Source of the DNA: an uncultured Actinomycetaceae bacterium
Lineage (GTDB): Bacteria > Actinomycetota > Actinomycetes > Actinomycetales > Actinomycetaceae
Length of the DNA: 36,919 bases
Reading direction: 5' to 3'
NCBI GenBank assembly: GCA_963531075.1
Contig: CAUSGP010000001.1
Coordinates: 1 to 36,919 of the forward strand
A program made the translations under genes and the position numbers. Positions within the stretch are counted from its first letter, which is position 1; every line of letters begins with the position of its first letter. Shown here piece by piece: positions 19,365 to 28,944 of this stretch. The notes under the pieces are model-generated. The model had not been told where the DNA came from and searched no databases. It was given only the letters and a program-made list of their open reading frames with translations.

Positions 19365-22300
19365 ATGGCTGAGCGTAGACGCGGTCTCGGAAGGGGGATC
19401 GGTGCTCTCATTCCGGCAGCGCAGAGAGAGACAAAGGACCGTCCGATCGACGTTTTCTTTGGCAGTGGCGCGACCGCGGAGTCTGAAAACGACAAAAGTG
19501 GTAGTAAAAAAGTGTCATCGAAGTCGAAGAAGGTGAAGAAATCAGCAAAAGCTGAGGGAAGTACCACGTCGAAGCGCTCACAGGCACCAGAAACTGAGGA
19601 TGTTCAAAACGCTACATCTTCCGGGCAAAGTGCGGATGGCAGGTCAGCGATTTCAGATGAAGCAAAAGGACATGCTTCCGGTAAAGGCGATGTGAGTGCT
19701 AACGTCAAAGCTAAAACAGGTACTTCTCCAAAGAAACAGCGCAGCAAGGATGACTCCTCCGAGTCGACTAATCCGTCGAGTTCAGGCAACTTGCCAGAAG
19801 AGACTGATCGCAGTCGCCATGATGTAACGCAGCAAGTCACGACTGTTAATGGATCCGCTTCTGAAAGACAGTCGAAAGACAAGTCTGGGTTTGTTGGAGC
19901 GAATGAACTCGCAGCAAGAAGTGCTGCCACAGCGGGTAAAATCTCTGAGAAGGCCGTATCCGTGTCTGCTGGAGAAAATGCTGCAGTTGATACTGGGCAA
20001 TCAGATGATGCAGCCAGGCCGTCAGTCAATATAACCGAAGAAGTGTTTGTGAGTGAACGAGACGACGTCGTTGGACGGGCTGGCAACGACGGACGGACTG
20101 ATACTGATGGGAAGGAATATAGCCCTAAACAGGCCGGAATTCATGAACATGTGGACGCCCCTGAGGTTGGTGTAGAAGAACGTAGTGGCGCCGTCAAACA
20201 CAGTGATGCCGTTAAACAAGACGGTAATGACAAACGCGGCCGCAACGTTGAGCAAAGTGACTCTAGTGAATGGTCGGCTCCAGAAGAGACCGCCGGTACA
20301 TCTCTTGATGAGCGAAATGCCATAGCCTCGGTTGATGAAGTCGGAATCGTTCTTGGTGACGACAAGAAAGTGGCCAGCGAAAGCATAGAGGTAGCCGATG
20401 CGGAAGAATGGGTAAACGGTAAGGCCGAGGAGGCAGCCTACGCTGACCGAAAGGTAGCTGACGCTGAGAGAAAGGCAACCGACGCTGGCAAGACTGCTGA
20501 TACAGATCACCCAACTGATGAGACTAGTAAGTCAGTTGCTGAAGTTGGTGATTCAGCCACTGAAGTAGACGCGTCAGCTGTTGAGACAGGCGGATCAGCC
20601 ACGACCGATATTATCGTTGCGAATGCCGACGTCGCTGCTTCAATTCCTGGCACTTCTACTTCTTTCAAGACTGATATGCGAGTGTCTGAAAAGACACCTG
20701 AGGAGAGCAAAGCACATTCTGTAGATTCCCCAGCGACTCTTGACGAACCTATCGTTACTGGCGTCGGGGAGGCTCCTACTTCTGTTGAGCATATTGCTGC
20801 TGTTACCGCAGGTGCTTCTGCCTCTGGCGAACGCACTGCTCCTGCCGCTAACACAGTTCGTCGCAAGACGAGTGTGCGAGCTTTTGATCAATCAGGCGCT
20901 GTTGAGTTTTCTGAGGAAATTCCTTCGGTAGAAGTGAAGCCTAGTGTTAGAACGACAGTTTCCGACGTCGGCCGGGTTAATGATAAGCAATCTGGTAACG
21001 CAGAAATTGATGATGCTGGAACGTCGGCTCAAGCTGCCGACAACGGAGCGTCACCTGCCGACAACGGAGCTACCGATAATGAAACGCTGTCTGAGCGTGA
21101 TGGTGAAGTACTATCTGCGGAAGCTAGCGGAACATCGGATGGAAACGCCGGTGAAACACCGTTTGAAAATGCTGCTGAGACAGCGCTTGAAAGTGGCGGT
21201 GAAGTACCGATTGAAAATCAGGATGGAACGTCAACCAAGGATGAGAATGTGAAGCTACATGAGGTTGATGGCGGGACGCTCCGTACAGACGCGGCAAACG
21301 TCGAAAAGTCCGTGGATACAGGCGCGAACCTGTCCGGTGCATTTGAGGTTTCGACCGACCACGACGGAAGGTCCGTTGACGAGGAGAATGGAAGTTCTGC
21401 CGCCAGCAGGATTGAAAGTACTAATTCGACTGACATTCCTAAGGATCCAACCACTGCAAGTGGGGATGCTGCTTCTATCGTGTCGGTCGAAGATCCCGGA
21501 CAACCGAATGGAACGGTTCCTGCAGACCGCGAATCCGAAGGGTCGGACTCCGACGAAGTCGACAGTATCGATGCGGATGATGAGGGGCTTGTCGAGGTTC
21601 CGGGTGCTACGTATGCTGAACTCCCGCTCGACGAAATAATCCCGAACACCCGACAGCCGCGAAATGTCTTCGATGAAGAGGAACTCGAAGAATTGGCTGC
21701 TTCCATCCGCGAGGTTGGGATCCTCCAGCCGGTCATCGTTCGTCCTCTATCCGCTCCAATTCCTGGACAACCGAAAGCTCGCTATGAGCTCATTATGGGT
21801 GAACGCCGTTGGCGCGCTTCCGAGTTGGCCGAGACCGGAACTATTCCCGCAATCATTCGGCATACGCAAGATGAAGACTTGCTTAGGGATGCGCTTCTTG
21901 AGAATTTGCATCGAGCAGAACTCAATCCGTTGGAAGAAGCGGCCGCCTACCACCAGCTTCTTGAAGATTTCCAATGCACACAAGAAGAGCTATCGCGTCG
22001 AATTGTAAGATCGCGCCCGCAGATTTCCAACACTTTGCGGCTGCTCAAGTTGCCTCCGTTGGTTCAACGCCGGGTGGCTGCAGGGGTATTGTCTGCCGGA
22101 CATGCGCGCGCATTGCTCGGTTTATCCGATCCTGGGGCAATGGAACGACTCGCTCAAAAGATCGTTTCTGAGGGGCTTTCTGTACGGCAGGTTGAAGAAA
22201 TCGTTGCTCTTGGTGATGAACCGACGGCTTCACCGACTAGTTCGCGTCGGCGTACTAAGCGTTATGGGCCCGAGCTCGGCGAATTGTCAACCAGACTGGC

Positions 22301-22442
22301 TGATCGTTTCGACACCCGTGTCAAGGTTGAAATGGGGGCGAAGAAAGGCTCCATTAAGATCGATTTCGCTTCGATTGACGACCTTAACCGAATTTTGGAG
22401 GTTCTTACGCCAGGAGAAACCGGTGTCGATGTTGTGGAGTAG
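19365..22442 (+). CDS. parB: Chromosome partitioning CTPase ParB, 1025 aa, with low-complexity insert of about 700 aa
   Basis: N-terminal RRGLGRGIGALIP peptide. The core begins at about residue 741: NTRQPRNVF, GILQPVIVR, GERRWRA, HTH TQEELSRRIVRSRPQISNTLRLL, SAGHARALL, C-terminal KGSIKIDF. AAGGAG RBS after the parA stop. Confidence 0.96.
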   Translation: MAERRRGLGRGIGALIPAAQRETKDRPIDVFFGSGATAESENDKSGSKKVSSKSKKVKKSAKAEGSTTSKRSQAPETEDVQNATSSGQSADGRSAISDEAKGHASGKGDVSANVKAKTGTSPKKQRSKDDSSESTNPSSSGNLPEETDRSRHDVTQQVTTVNGSASERQSKDKSGFVGANELAARSAATAGKISEKAVSVSAGENAAVDTGQSDDAARPSVNITEEVFVSERDDVVGRAGNDGRTDTDGKEYSPKQAGIHEHVDAPEVGVEERSGAVKHSDAVKQDGNDKRGRNVEQSDSSEWSAPEETAGTSLDERNAIASVDEVGIVLGDDKKVASESIEVADAEEWVNGKAEEAAYADRKVADAERKATDAGKTADTDHPTDETSKSVAEVGDSATEVDASAVETGGSATTDIIVANADVAASIPGTSTSFKTDMRVSEKTPEESKAHSVDSPATLDEPIVTGVGEAPTSVEHIAAVTAGASASGERTAPAANTVRRKTSVRAFDQSGAVEFSEEIPSVEVKPSVRTTVSDVGRVNDKQSGNAEIDDAGTSAQAADNGASPADNGATDNETLSERDGEVLSAEASGTSDGNAGETPFENAAETALESGGEVPIENQDGTSTKDENVKLHEVDGGTLRTDAANVEKSVDTGANLSGAFEVSTDHDGRSVDEENGSSAASRIESTNSTDIPKDPTTASGDAASIVSVEDPGQPNGTVPADRESEGSDSDEVDSIDADDEGLVEVPGATYAELPLDEIIPNTRQPRNVFDEEELEELAASIREVGILQPVIVRPLSAPIPGQPKARYELIMGERRWRASELAETGTIPAIIRHTQDEDLLRDALLENLHRAELNPLEEAAAYHQLLEDFQCTQEELSRRIVRSRPQISNTLRLLKLPPLVQRRVAAGVLSAGHARALLGLSDPGAMERLAQKIVSEGLSVRQVEEIVALGDEPTASPTSSRRRTKRYGPELGELSTRLADRFDTRVKVEMGAKKGSIKIDFASIDDLNRILEVLTPGETGVDVVE

Positions 22443-22550
22443 CAATGCGAAAAACAAGACTCAGCCGGGGTCCGAAGAGTAGTTGAATATAAAACACTGT
22501 ATCACGGAGAATCTGTGGTACACTCCTAGAGTTAGTTTGTCTCTCGCGTG

Positions 22551-22586
22551 ATCGAGGGGTCGAGTTTTGCTCGGCCCCTCGATTTT
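22551..22586 (+). terminator. Probable intrinsic terminator of parAB
   Basis: atcgaggggtcgag-ttttg-ctcggcccctcgat-ttt: a 14-bp stem (one G-U) with a short U tail, about 110 nt after the parB stop. Confidence 0.7.
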
Positions 22587-22782
22587 GGTCGGTGAAGGTG
22601 CCGATGCATTGTGGATGTCCGATAAACGAGTCATCAGAGACACCACAACAAGGCAGTTCGTGTGTAGGAATGCAGAGGCACAAAAAGCTACGCGTAGCAG
22701 CGTGAAAAATGGACGGCCACGCGTGGAATAAACAACTAGACTACGAACGGCTTCACAACTGTTGAATGACAGAGCGAGACGC

Positions 22783-22890
22783 TGCAACCACGGGAAGACA
22801 TGCAACAACGGGAAACTGAGCAGCCACGGAAAACTGAGCAACCACGGGAAGACGTGCAATCACGGGAAACTGAGCAACCGCGCGAGGCTT
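22783..22890. repeat. 18-bp tandem repeat x5-6 between the convergent parB and ddl-like genes
   Basis: tgcaaccacgggaagaca / tgcaacaacgggaaactg / agcagccacggaaaactg / agcaaccacgggaagacg / tgcaatcacgggaaactg / agcaaccgcgcgaggctt. Confidence 0.92.
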
Positions 22891-23042
22891 GAACAACTAG
22901 CCGCAACCACACGAGCACGAATCACGCGAGATATGGACAACGAGGCCGAACCACACGAGACCGAACTACTAAGCAGGGATTGTCCGATCACGTAAGGATT
23001 GAGACTAGGAAACTTGCGCTGATCGGCGGGATCGACTAGCGC

Positions 23043-24014
23043 TCACTGACGTGATTGCCTTTCGACAAGCGCGGCATTAAGAATGTCCACGTACAGGTCG
23101 TCCACGGTAGTCTCGCCTTCGGCCGCTAATGCTGTTGCTGCCTGGGGAAACAGAGAAGTTTCAGTCATTCCAGGGGCTACATTGACGTCGAGGATCCAGG
23201 CGAGTCCGGCATCATCGAGGATAATGTCCGTCCGTGAAACGAAACTAAGCCCAAGGATGGAGTGGACACGCTCTGCTGCCTTGCTTGCTGTGGCCGATTC
23301 TTTTTCCGAGAGGCGAGCCGGGACGAAGTATTCGGCGCGCCCAGCGAAATAGCGAGCGTCGTAATCATAGGGACCGTCGGTTGCGATCTCAACCGGCGGA
23401 AGCGCTTGCGGTTCGTCTCCTATTTGAACCACCGATACCGCCAATTCCCTTCCATCAACGTATCGCTCAATGCGAGCCCGTTCGTCGTAAGCAAAACAAT
23501 CGACCATCGCGCGAGGTAACTCCGCAGCAGTACTGACGATTGTCACGCCGAGTGCAGAACCTCCCTGTGCGGGTTTGACGACGAGCGGAAAATCGAAGCG
23601 CGCCTTGACGAGATCGAGAACCTGGCCCACCCCTACCTCGCGGAAGAGCTTTTGCGGAATCGTCACCGAGTCAGGAACGTTAAGGCCGGCAGCTGAGAGA
23701 ATCGAACCCGCGATAGTTTTGTCAGAAGCGATCCTACAAGCAGCCGGAGACGTACCGATATAAGGCAAGCCTGCAAGCTCCAACAAACCTTGAAGCGAAC
23801 CATCTTCGCCGGTACTTCCATGGATGAGTGGCCATACGACGTCGGGCTGCATTGATTGCAGGGACTGGAGGAGATTGGCGTCGACGTCAAGCACCTTGAC
23901 GTGCATCCCGGCGTCCGATAAAACTCCAGCAAGACGGCGCCCAGAATGGAGAGACACTTCGCGTTCGTGTGTGAGGCCGCCGGCGAGAATCGCCACGGTG
24001 AGTGGTGCGGACAT
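23043..24014 (-). CDS. D-alanine--D-alanine ligase family ATP-grasp protein
   Basis: VAILAGGLTHEREVSLHSG, IHGSTGEDG, VVKPAQGGSALG, YDYDARY, DVNVAPGMT; GAAGGAG RBS. Confidence 0.9.
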   Translation of the reverse strand: MSAPLTVAILAGGLTHEREVSLHSGRRLAGVLSDAGMHVKVLDVDANLLQSLQSMQPDVVWPLIHGSTGEDGSLQGLLELAGLPYIGTSPAACRIASDKTIAGSILSAAGLNVPDSVTIPQKLFREVGVGQVLDLVKARFDFPLVVKPAQGGSALGVTIVSTAAELPRAMVDCFAYDERARIERYVDGRELAVSVVQIGDEPQALPPVEIATDGPYDYDARYFAGRAEYFVPARLSEKESATASKAAERVHSILGLSFVSRTDIILDDAGLAWILDVNVAPGMTETSLFPQAATALAAEGETTVDDLYVDILNAALVERQSRQ

Positions 24015-24201
24015 CTCTTTCTCCTTCGGTAGGAATCATTAAATTACGGATGTCAAAGATTGCAGGTGGCGGTACCTGCAAACGATGAAGAAAAGCGCCT
24101 GCAATGGTGAAGCTGCAATGGTAAAGAATATGGATAAGAAGGATTCGCGACGCAAGGGAAGCTGCGGATGGCAAGGACACGGGAACGTCCGGACGGTGAA
24201 A

Positions 24202-25545
24202 TCATATTCGCGGCCATGCGAACTCCCCCGGAGAAGGTTTTACCCCATCGTCGGTGTGCAAACCGAACATGTCGACAAGCTCGGCCTCAGCGCGAACCAC
24301 CGTGGAGAGGCGCCGTACTCCTTCTTCGATCCGCTCGGGAGTGGGATAGCAGAACGAGAGACGCATGTGATCGCGGCCTTGGCCGTCCGCATAGAAGGCC
24401 GTCCCAGAAACGTAGGCCACGAGATTTGTAACGGCTCGTGGCAGCATCGCTTGCGCATCGAGGCCTTCGGGAAGCCTGACCCACGTATAGAAACCGCCTT
24501 CGGGGCTATTCCAGGAGCACATAGGCATGTACTCCTCAAGCGCACCCTGCATGGCACGCCCGCGTTCGCGGTACATCTCGCGATATTCTTTGACCTGTTG
24601 ATACCAGTCATAGGTTCGTAAGTACTCGTTGATCGAGAGCTGGGCGAACGTTGATGGACACAAGAGGGCGTTCTCGTTGGCGAGAACGAGCCGTGCGGCG
24701 ACGGCCGTGGGTGCCAATGCCCAACCGACGCGATAACCCGGAGCGAAAGTTTTTGAAAACGAACCTAGGTAGACGACGCCATTCGGATTGATCGACTGAA
24801 TGGCAGGAATCGGATCTCCGTCGAAACCAAGCAATCCGTAAGGATTGTCTTCGACGATAAGAATGCGATGTCGTTGGCAGATCTCGGCAATTTGTGGACG
24901 CCGCTCGGCTGAAAGGCACACGCCTCCCGGATTGTGGAAATTCGGGATCGTGTACAGGAATTTGATTGGTTTGCCCTCTGCTTCAAGCTCACCGATGGTG
25001 TGCTCGAGTTTCTCGGGAATGAGGCCTTCGGCATCCATAGGAACGTGGACGATCTTGGCCTGGTAGGCCCGAAACGTTCCGAGAGCGCCGACATACGAAG
25101 GAGCCTCAGCCAGGACGACGTCGCCTGGATTGATGAAGATTTGCGAAATGAGATCGAGAGCTTGCTGGGATCCGGTGGTCACGACGACGTCGTCGGCATG
25201 GCCGCGAATGCCGTCAGGACGCATGACCTCAACGATCATCTCGCGCAATTCCTCGGTCCCTTGACCGGAACCATATTGGAGGATTGACGCGCCGCGGTCA
25301 CGCAGGAGGCGGCTGCTCATCTCCGCGAGGAAGTCGAGGGGCAGGCCTTCGATGTTTGGCATACCTCCCGCGAGCGAGACAACGTCCGGGCGGCCCGCCA
25401 CCGCGAAGAGCGAACGCACCTCGGATTGCTTCATTCCGAGTGCGCGATCAGCATAGGTGTTGTACCACGGGTCCAGGCGAGTGCCGACGGCAGCAGACGG
25501 AGGATTGATGCTTGTTCGGCCGACGTTCCTTTGCTTATCGCTCAT
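24202..25545 (-). CDS. PLP-dependent aminotransferase (class I/II, LysN/MocR-type)
   Basis: VVSLAGGMP, TTGSQQALDL, LYTIPNFHNPGG, VEDNPYG, LGSFSKTFAPGYRVGW; AAGGAG RBS. Confidence 0.93.
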   Translation of the reverse strand: MSDKQRNVGRTSINPPSAAVGTRLDPWYNTYADRALGMKQSEVRSLFAVAGRPDVVSLAGGMPNIEGLPLDFLAEMSSRLLRDRGASILQYGSGQGTEELREMIVEVMRPDGIRGHADDVVVTTGSQQALDLISQIFINPGDVVLAEAPSYVGALGTFRAYQAKIVHVPMDAEGLIPEKLEHTIGELEAEGKPIKFLYTIPNFHNPGGVCLSAERRPQIAEICQRHRILIVEDNPYGLLGFDGDPIPAIQSINPNGVVYLGSFSKTFAPGYRVGWALAPTAVAARLVLANENALLCPSTFAQLSINEYLRTYDWYQQVKEYREMYRERGRAMQGALEEYMPMCSWNSPEGGFYTWVRLPEGLDAQAMLPRAVTNLVAYVSGTAFYADGQGRDHMRLSFCYPTPERIEEGVRRLSTVVRAEAELVDMFGLHTDDGVKPSPGEFAWPRI

Positions 25546-25751
25546 GGCGTCTCCTTGGTCGTGCGCATCGGCCCGCTTTGCGGGTTCTCCTATCGGGATT
25601 CTAACCCTTTAAGTTTGCCATGGATGAGTCAGATTCACGCAGCTGGCCGAGGGCACGACAAGTACGCTTCGTCACCGCACACGTGGAAATTCCTGAGATA
25701 ATCGAACAGACCTATATGTGGAGCTGTCGATGCTGGAATGACAAGGGTCTA

Positions 25752-26564
25752 TTATTGCGCTGCGGACGTATCGCTGGAATTTGACCTCCTTGACGAGAGG
25801 GAATCGCCGTCCAACGCTTCGATGATCCGTTCACGGATATAGAGTTTCGGCAACTGGCCTAAAAAACGGGTGAGCTCGTAGGATTCACGAGGCGCGGCAC
25901 AGGATCTGAGGGTGTCTTCATCGTCGGTAAGAAGGGTGCTTGGATCGGCATCAGTGGTGGGAAGGATGTTCTGAGCCGTGCGGATTCCCCGGTGACTTGG
26001 TAAAGTGTCGATGCTGCACTTGTCAGCTTCCGTTTTGCTGATGTCGCGGTTGCCTTTACACACCACACGTCCATTTTTTCTACCGTTTCCGTCTCGCATA
26101 AGGATGATTGTGGGAATGAAATCTATTGATTCGACGAAAGCCGGAGTGAGGAGCGGATCGAGCTCAAGAGCGGGATCGCAAAGGCGTCCGAATGCGGCGT
26201 CGTCGGCCCTTGAAGCGAGGATTGCTTCGACTTCGTCGATGTCGACAATGATGCCCCGAATGGCTGTCACATTGGGAAAGTAAGAGAGGTCGGCAAAGTT
26301 GGGAGGGTTAGAGCGAACGAGAGCGTCGCCCATGTTGAAAGTCTCGCAAGCATCGGAAATATTCCATGTTCCGGATGCGTCGGGTGTGCTTGAAACATGG
26401 TGGATGTTTGAGATGCTGGATACTTCGCCACCGCGATGCCGGTCCTTGACGATCCTGCGTTCGAGGTCTTGAACCAGCTCGTCGAAGATGATGCGCATGG
26501 GAACAGCTGGTTCGCACCAGCGGGCGGTTACAAAAACGAGTGCGTAATTTTGTTGGATTTCCAT
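25752..26564 (-). CDS. Degenerate thioredoxin-fold protein (WCEPA active site, two large inserts)
   Basis: ALVFVTARWCEPAVPMRIIFDEL, IIVDID, IDFIPTIILMRDG and ELTRFLGQLPK are Trx core elements separated by inserts. It occupies the trxA position. Start at ATG 26564 after GAGGAGG. Confidence 0.6.
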   Translation of the reverse strand: MEIQQNYALVFVTARWCEPAVPMRIIFDELVQDLERRIVKDRHRGGEVSSISNIHHVSSTPDASGTWNISDACETFNMGDALVRSNPPNFADLSYFPNVTAIRGIIVDIDEVEAILASRADDAAFGRLCDPALELDPLLTPAFVESIDFIPTIILMRDGNGRKNGRVVCKGNRDISKTEADKCSIDTLPSHRGIRTAQNILPTTDADPSTLLTDDEDTLRSCAAPRESYELTRFLGQLPKLYIRERIIEALDGDSLSSRRSNSSDTSAAQ

Positions 26565-26759
26565 GACCGCCTCCTCACCTGTTGATTTCATGGTTTTAAA
26601 CTAGTTCCTGTGGGCTTAAGGCTCGCAAGAACCTAGCCTGCCTACCTTAGCCCGAGGAATCTTCGTTCGAGCCGTTAGACTCGCACACATATGACGGCTT
26701 TATGCGCATAGACACGGCAGTTTCGTGTGCGATGATCGTGCACGAGGGTTCGTTTCCGT

Positions 26760-26775
26760 CGTTCCACGTGAAACG
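26760..26775. promoter_or_regulatory. parS site 8 (outlying)
   Basis: CGTTCCACGTGAAACG, one mismatch at a position variable in the universal parS consensus; intergenic. Confidence 0.8.
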
Positions 26776-26820
26776 ATCTGGTTTGCAGTGATCCCATAAA
26801 CCTGGTCCGTAGCGAGCGAC

Positions 26821-26886
26821 GTTCAAGGTTGCAGTGACCGACATTCAAGGATGTAGTAACCAATGTTCAAGGATGTAATAAACAAC
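26821..26886. repeat. 22-bp tandem repeat x3
   Basis: gttcaaggttgcagtgaccgac / attcaaggatgtagtaaccaat / gttcaaggatgtaataaacaac. Confidence 0.85.
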
Positions 26887-27073
26887 GTTTGGGACCATTT
26901 ATTCACAACATTTGCGTTGGTGCTGGTGTAATGGATTATCTGCGTGGTTGTAGGTCTTTTGCAGTTGCCGCTCCGCCGCGTTGGGATCTCCAGGGATTGC
27001 CCGCATGATTGTGGGTTTAAAACTCGGCGTGGGTTTCTTTGCTGTGGGAATTGCACACACGCTTGCGGGTCGC

Positions 27074-27127
27074 TTGATGCGGACTTGTCGACGAGATGAG
27101 TTGATGCGGACTTGTCGACGAAGTCGC
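27074..27127. repeat. 27-bp tandem duplication
   Basis: ttgatgcggacttgtcgacgagatgag / ttgatgcggacttgtcgacgaagtcgc (first 21 nt identical). Confidence 0.9.
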
Positions 27128-27246
27128 TTGACGCAGGCCAATTACGGCTGCAGTGGCCGCATGCCCGTAGCCTGTCTGACTTGACATGCTCATAGGCTGT
27201 ATAACTTGATCCGTTGATGAACTCCCTCGGCCATTGATTCTATTCG

Positions 27247-28944
27247 TCACGTCTTCTCCCGCTGTCTTCTCCCTCTGTCTTTACGATGGCACGCTATAGA
27301 CACGGCCGCGCTAAAGAGACTGTCGACGTCGGATGAGCCATATTTCGTATCCGTCAGGCCCAAAGCGCCGTCGACCGCTTCGATTGCTTGAAGAAACTGG
27401 CCACGCCGCAGATAGCGTCCGACCTCGCCTTTGATTGATCGCAGTTCTCAGGCGCGCTCGCGGATGAGTCGGGGCGAAGGGACGAGCCACGTGCACATTT
27501 CTCTAGGTTCCAGCTTGAGAATGCCTCCACCGTAGCTGCGTCCAGACAATTCGGCGCTGAGCATGCTTGCCGAATTGAGGCCGGCTAAGGGAAGGAGCTC
27601 TGTTCCAAGTTGGACAAGGCCGTCTAAAAGGTACACGCCGTAAACTGAGTTGAGATGATGTACACGTGCTGCATTCGCAACGATACGTGGAGAATCTGTG
27701 TTCATGGCCGTTAGAAGAAGATTGGGAACCGGAGGCAATGGAACGATGTACCACGGTTTGCGAGCCCGGCACTTGTACGCGAGATCGACGCCAATTTCAC
27801 GGCCCATTTGCACGTAGCTCTTGGCTGCGAAGGAAAGTGGCTCGCGTGGGCGGAAAAGCAGAGTTCCTCTTTCCTTCTTTCCGAGTCTGGTCAGCATAGC
27901 TGAGGTAAGCGACAGTCCATGTAAATGAGCGCTTCCCGAGGGGCTGATTCTCACGAGGTCGCGGCGCTCAAGCGCTAGCTCACGTGCGTGAAGAGGTGAC
28001 AGTGTGAAATAGCTGTTGTTTCCTGTGACCGCGCCGAGTCTGATTGAGCCCCACTCGCTGAGCGGCGTCAGAGCCGCCCTATTGCGCAGAACAGCAAGCT
28101 TGGCACGAGCAGGAGCGGGTGCAAGCAGTTCCGTCCACTTGCCTTCCGGATTGAGCGGAGACCATGTGTTCTCAGGATCGGCTGCGGATGAAGGTGAAGA
28201 GAGGTCGGATAGATCGCTTTCATCACGAGCTCGACGTATCGTGGCGTGTGATGTTGAGCCCCCGTATCCGTCAGCCAGAAGCAATATGACGTTGGCTTCT
28301 GCCTCTTTGAATACCAAACGTTCGAAGAAAACCAGTTCAATGCTCGCGAAGCTGTTGAAGAGGAAACGGCGAATTGGTGCCGCATAGTTGACGCTGAGCA
28401 ATTCGGTTGGGAGGACGAAGCCCAGTCGCCCTCCGGGACGAAGGAACTGGCTGGCATGAACAATGAAAGGGGCCCAGCTTGAGGCCAGAGCTGTCAGTGA
28501 GACTCCCGCACGGGCAGCAGCTTCTCTAGCTGCTGTTCGCGATGTGCCGTTGAAGCCTTGATATCTGATGTAAGGCGGATTGCCGATGACGGCGTCGTAG
28601 ACCGCATTGGCGGGAAGGTCAAAGAAATTAGAGACTTCGATTCGAGCCTCTACGCCTATGGTGGTAAGGCGTTCACGAGCTGTTTTCGCGGTTGGAGAGT
28701 CGATATCGACGCCGTTAATCTGCGCGCGGAAGTTCGGACCGGGCCCTCCAACACAGCTCGCTGCTGACAGCGTGAGAAGTTTTGTGGCTGCGGGGAGAAG
28801 AAAAGCTGCATCGCCGCAGGATGGATCAAGGATGCGGTCGCTTGCACAGCGCACCGCCCAATCCACAATGGACTTTGCAATTGGAGCGGGAGTGAAGAAG
28901 GCTCCGCGCGCTTTGCGAGTGTCGCGAGTCAGTGCTTCAGGCAT
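27247..28944 (-). pseudogene. N6-adenine DNA methyltransferase (gamma class) interrupted by an in-frame TGA at 27448-27450
   Basis: RKARGAFFTP, motif I ILDPSCGDAAFL, motif IV VIGNPPYIRY, GRSYGGGILKLEPRE. The same frame continues 66 codons past the TGA (ELRSIKGEVGRYLRRGQFLQAIEAVDGAL...) to a TGA at 27247-27249. Confidence 0.75.

Noticed and set aside
19604..22233. Many overlapping ORFs antisense or out of frame to parB (and likewise over other genes)
   Set aside because: Shadow ORFs of real genes in GC-rich or low-complexity DNA.
22405..22995. Short ORFs with periodic sequences (FPWLLS, SRGCSV, NHGK) between parB and the ddl-like gene
   Set aside because: These are readings of the 18-bp repeat in several frames; none has independent support.
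27017..27250. 77-aa ORF overlapping the MTase distal stop (GTGA), as a possible partner gene
   Set aside because: Low-complexity, built on the 27-bp duplication, with no nuclease or other motif.
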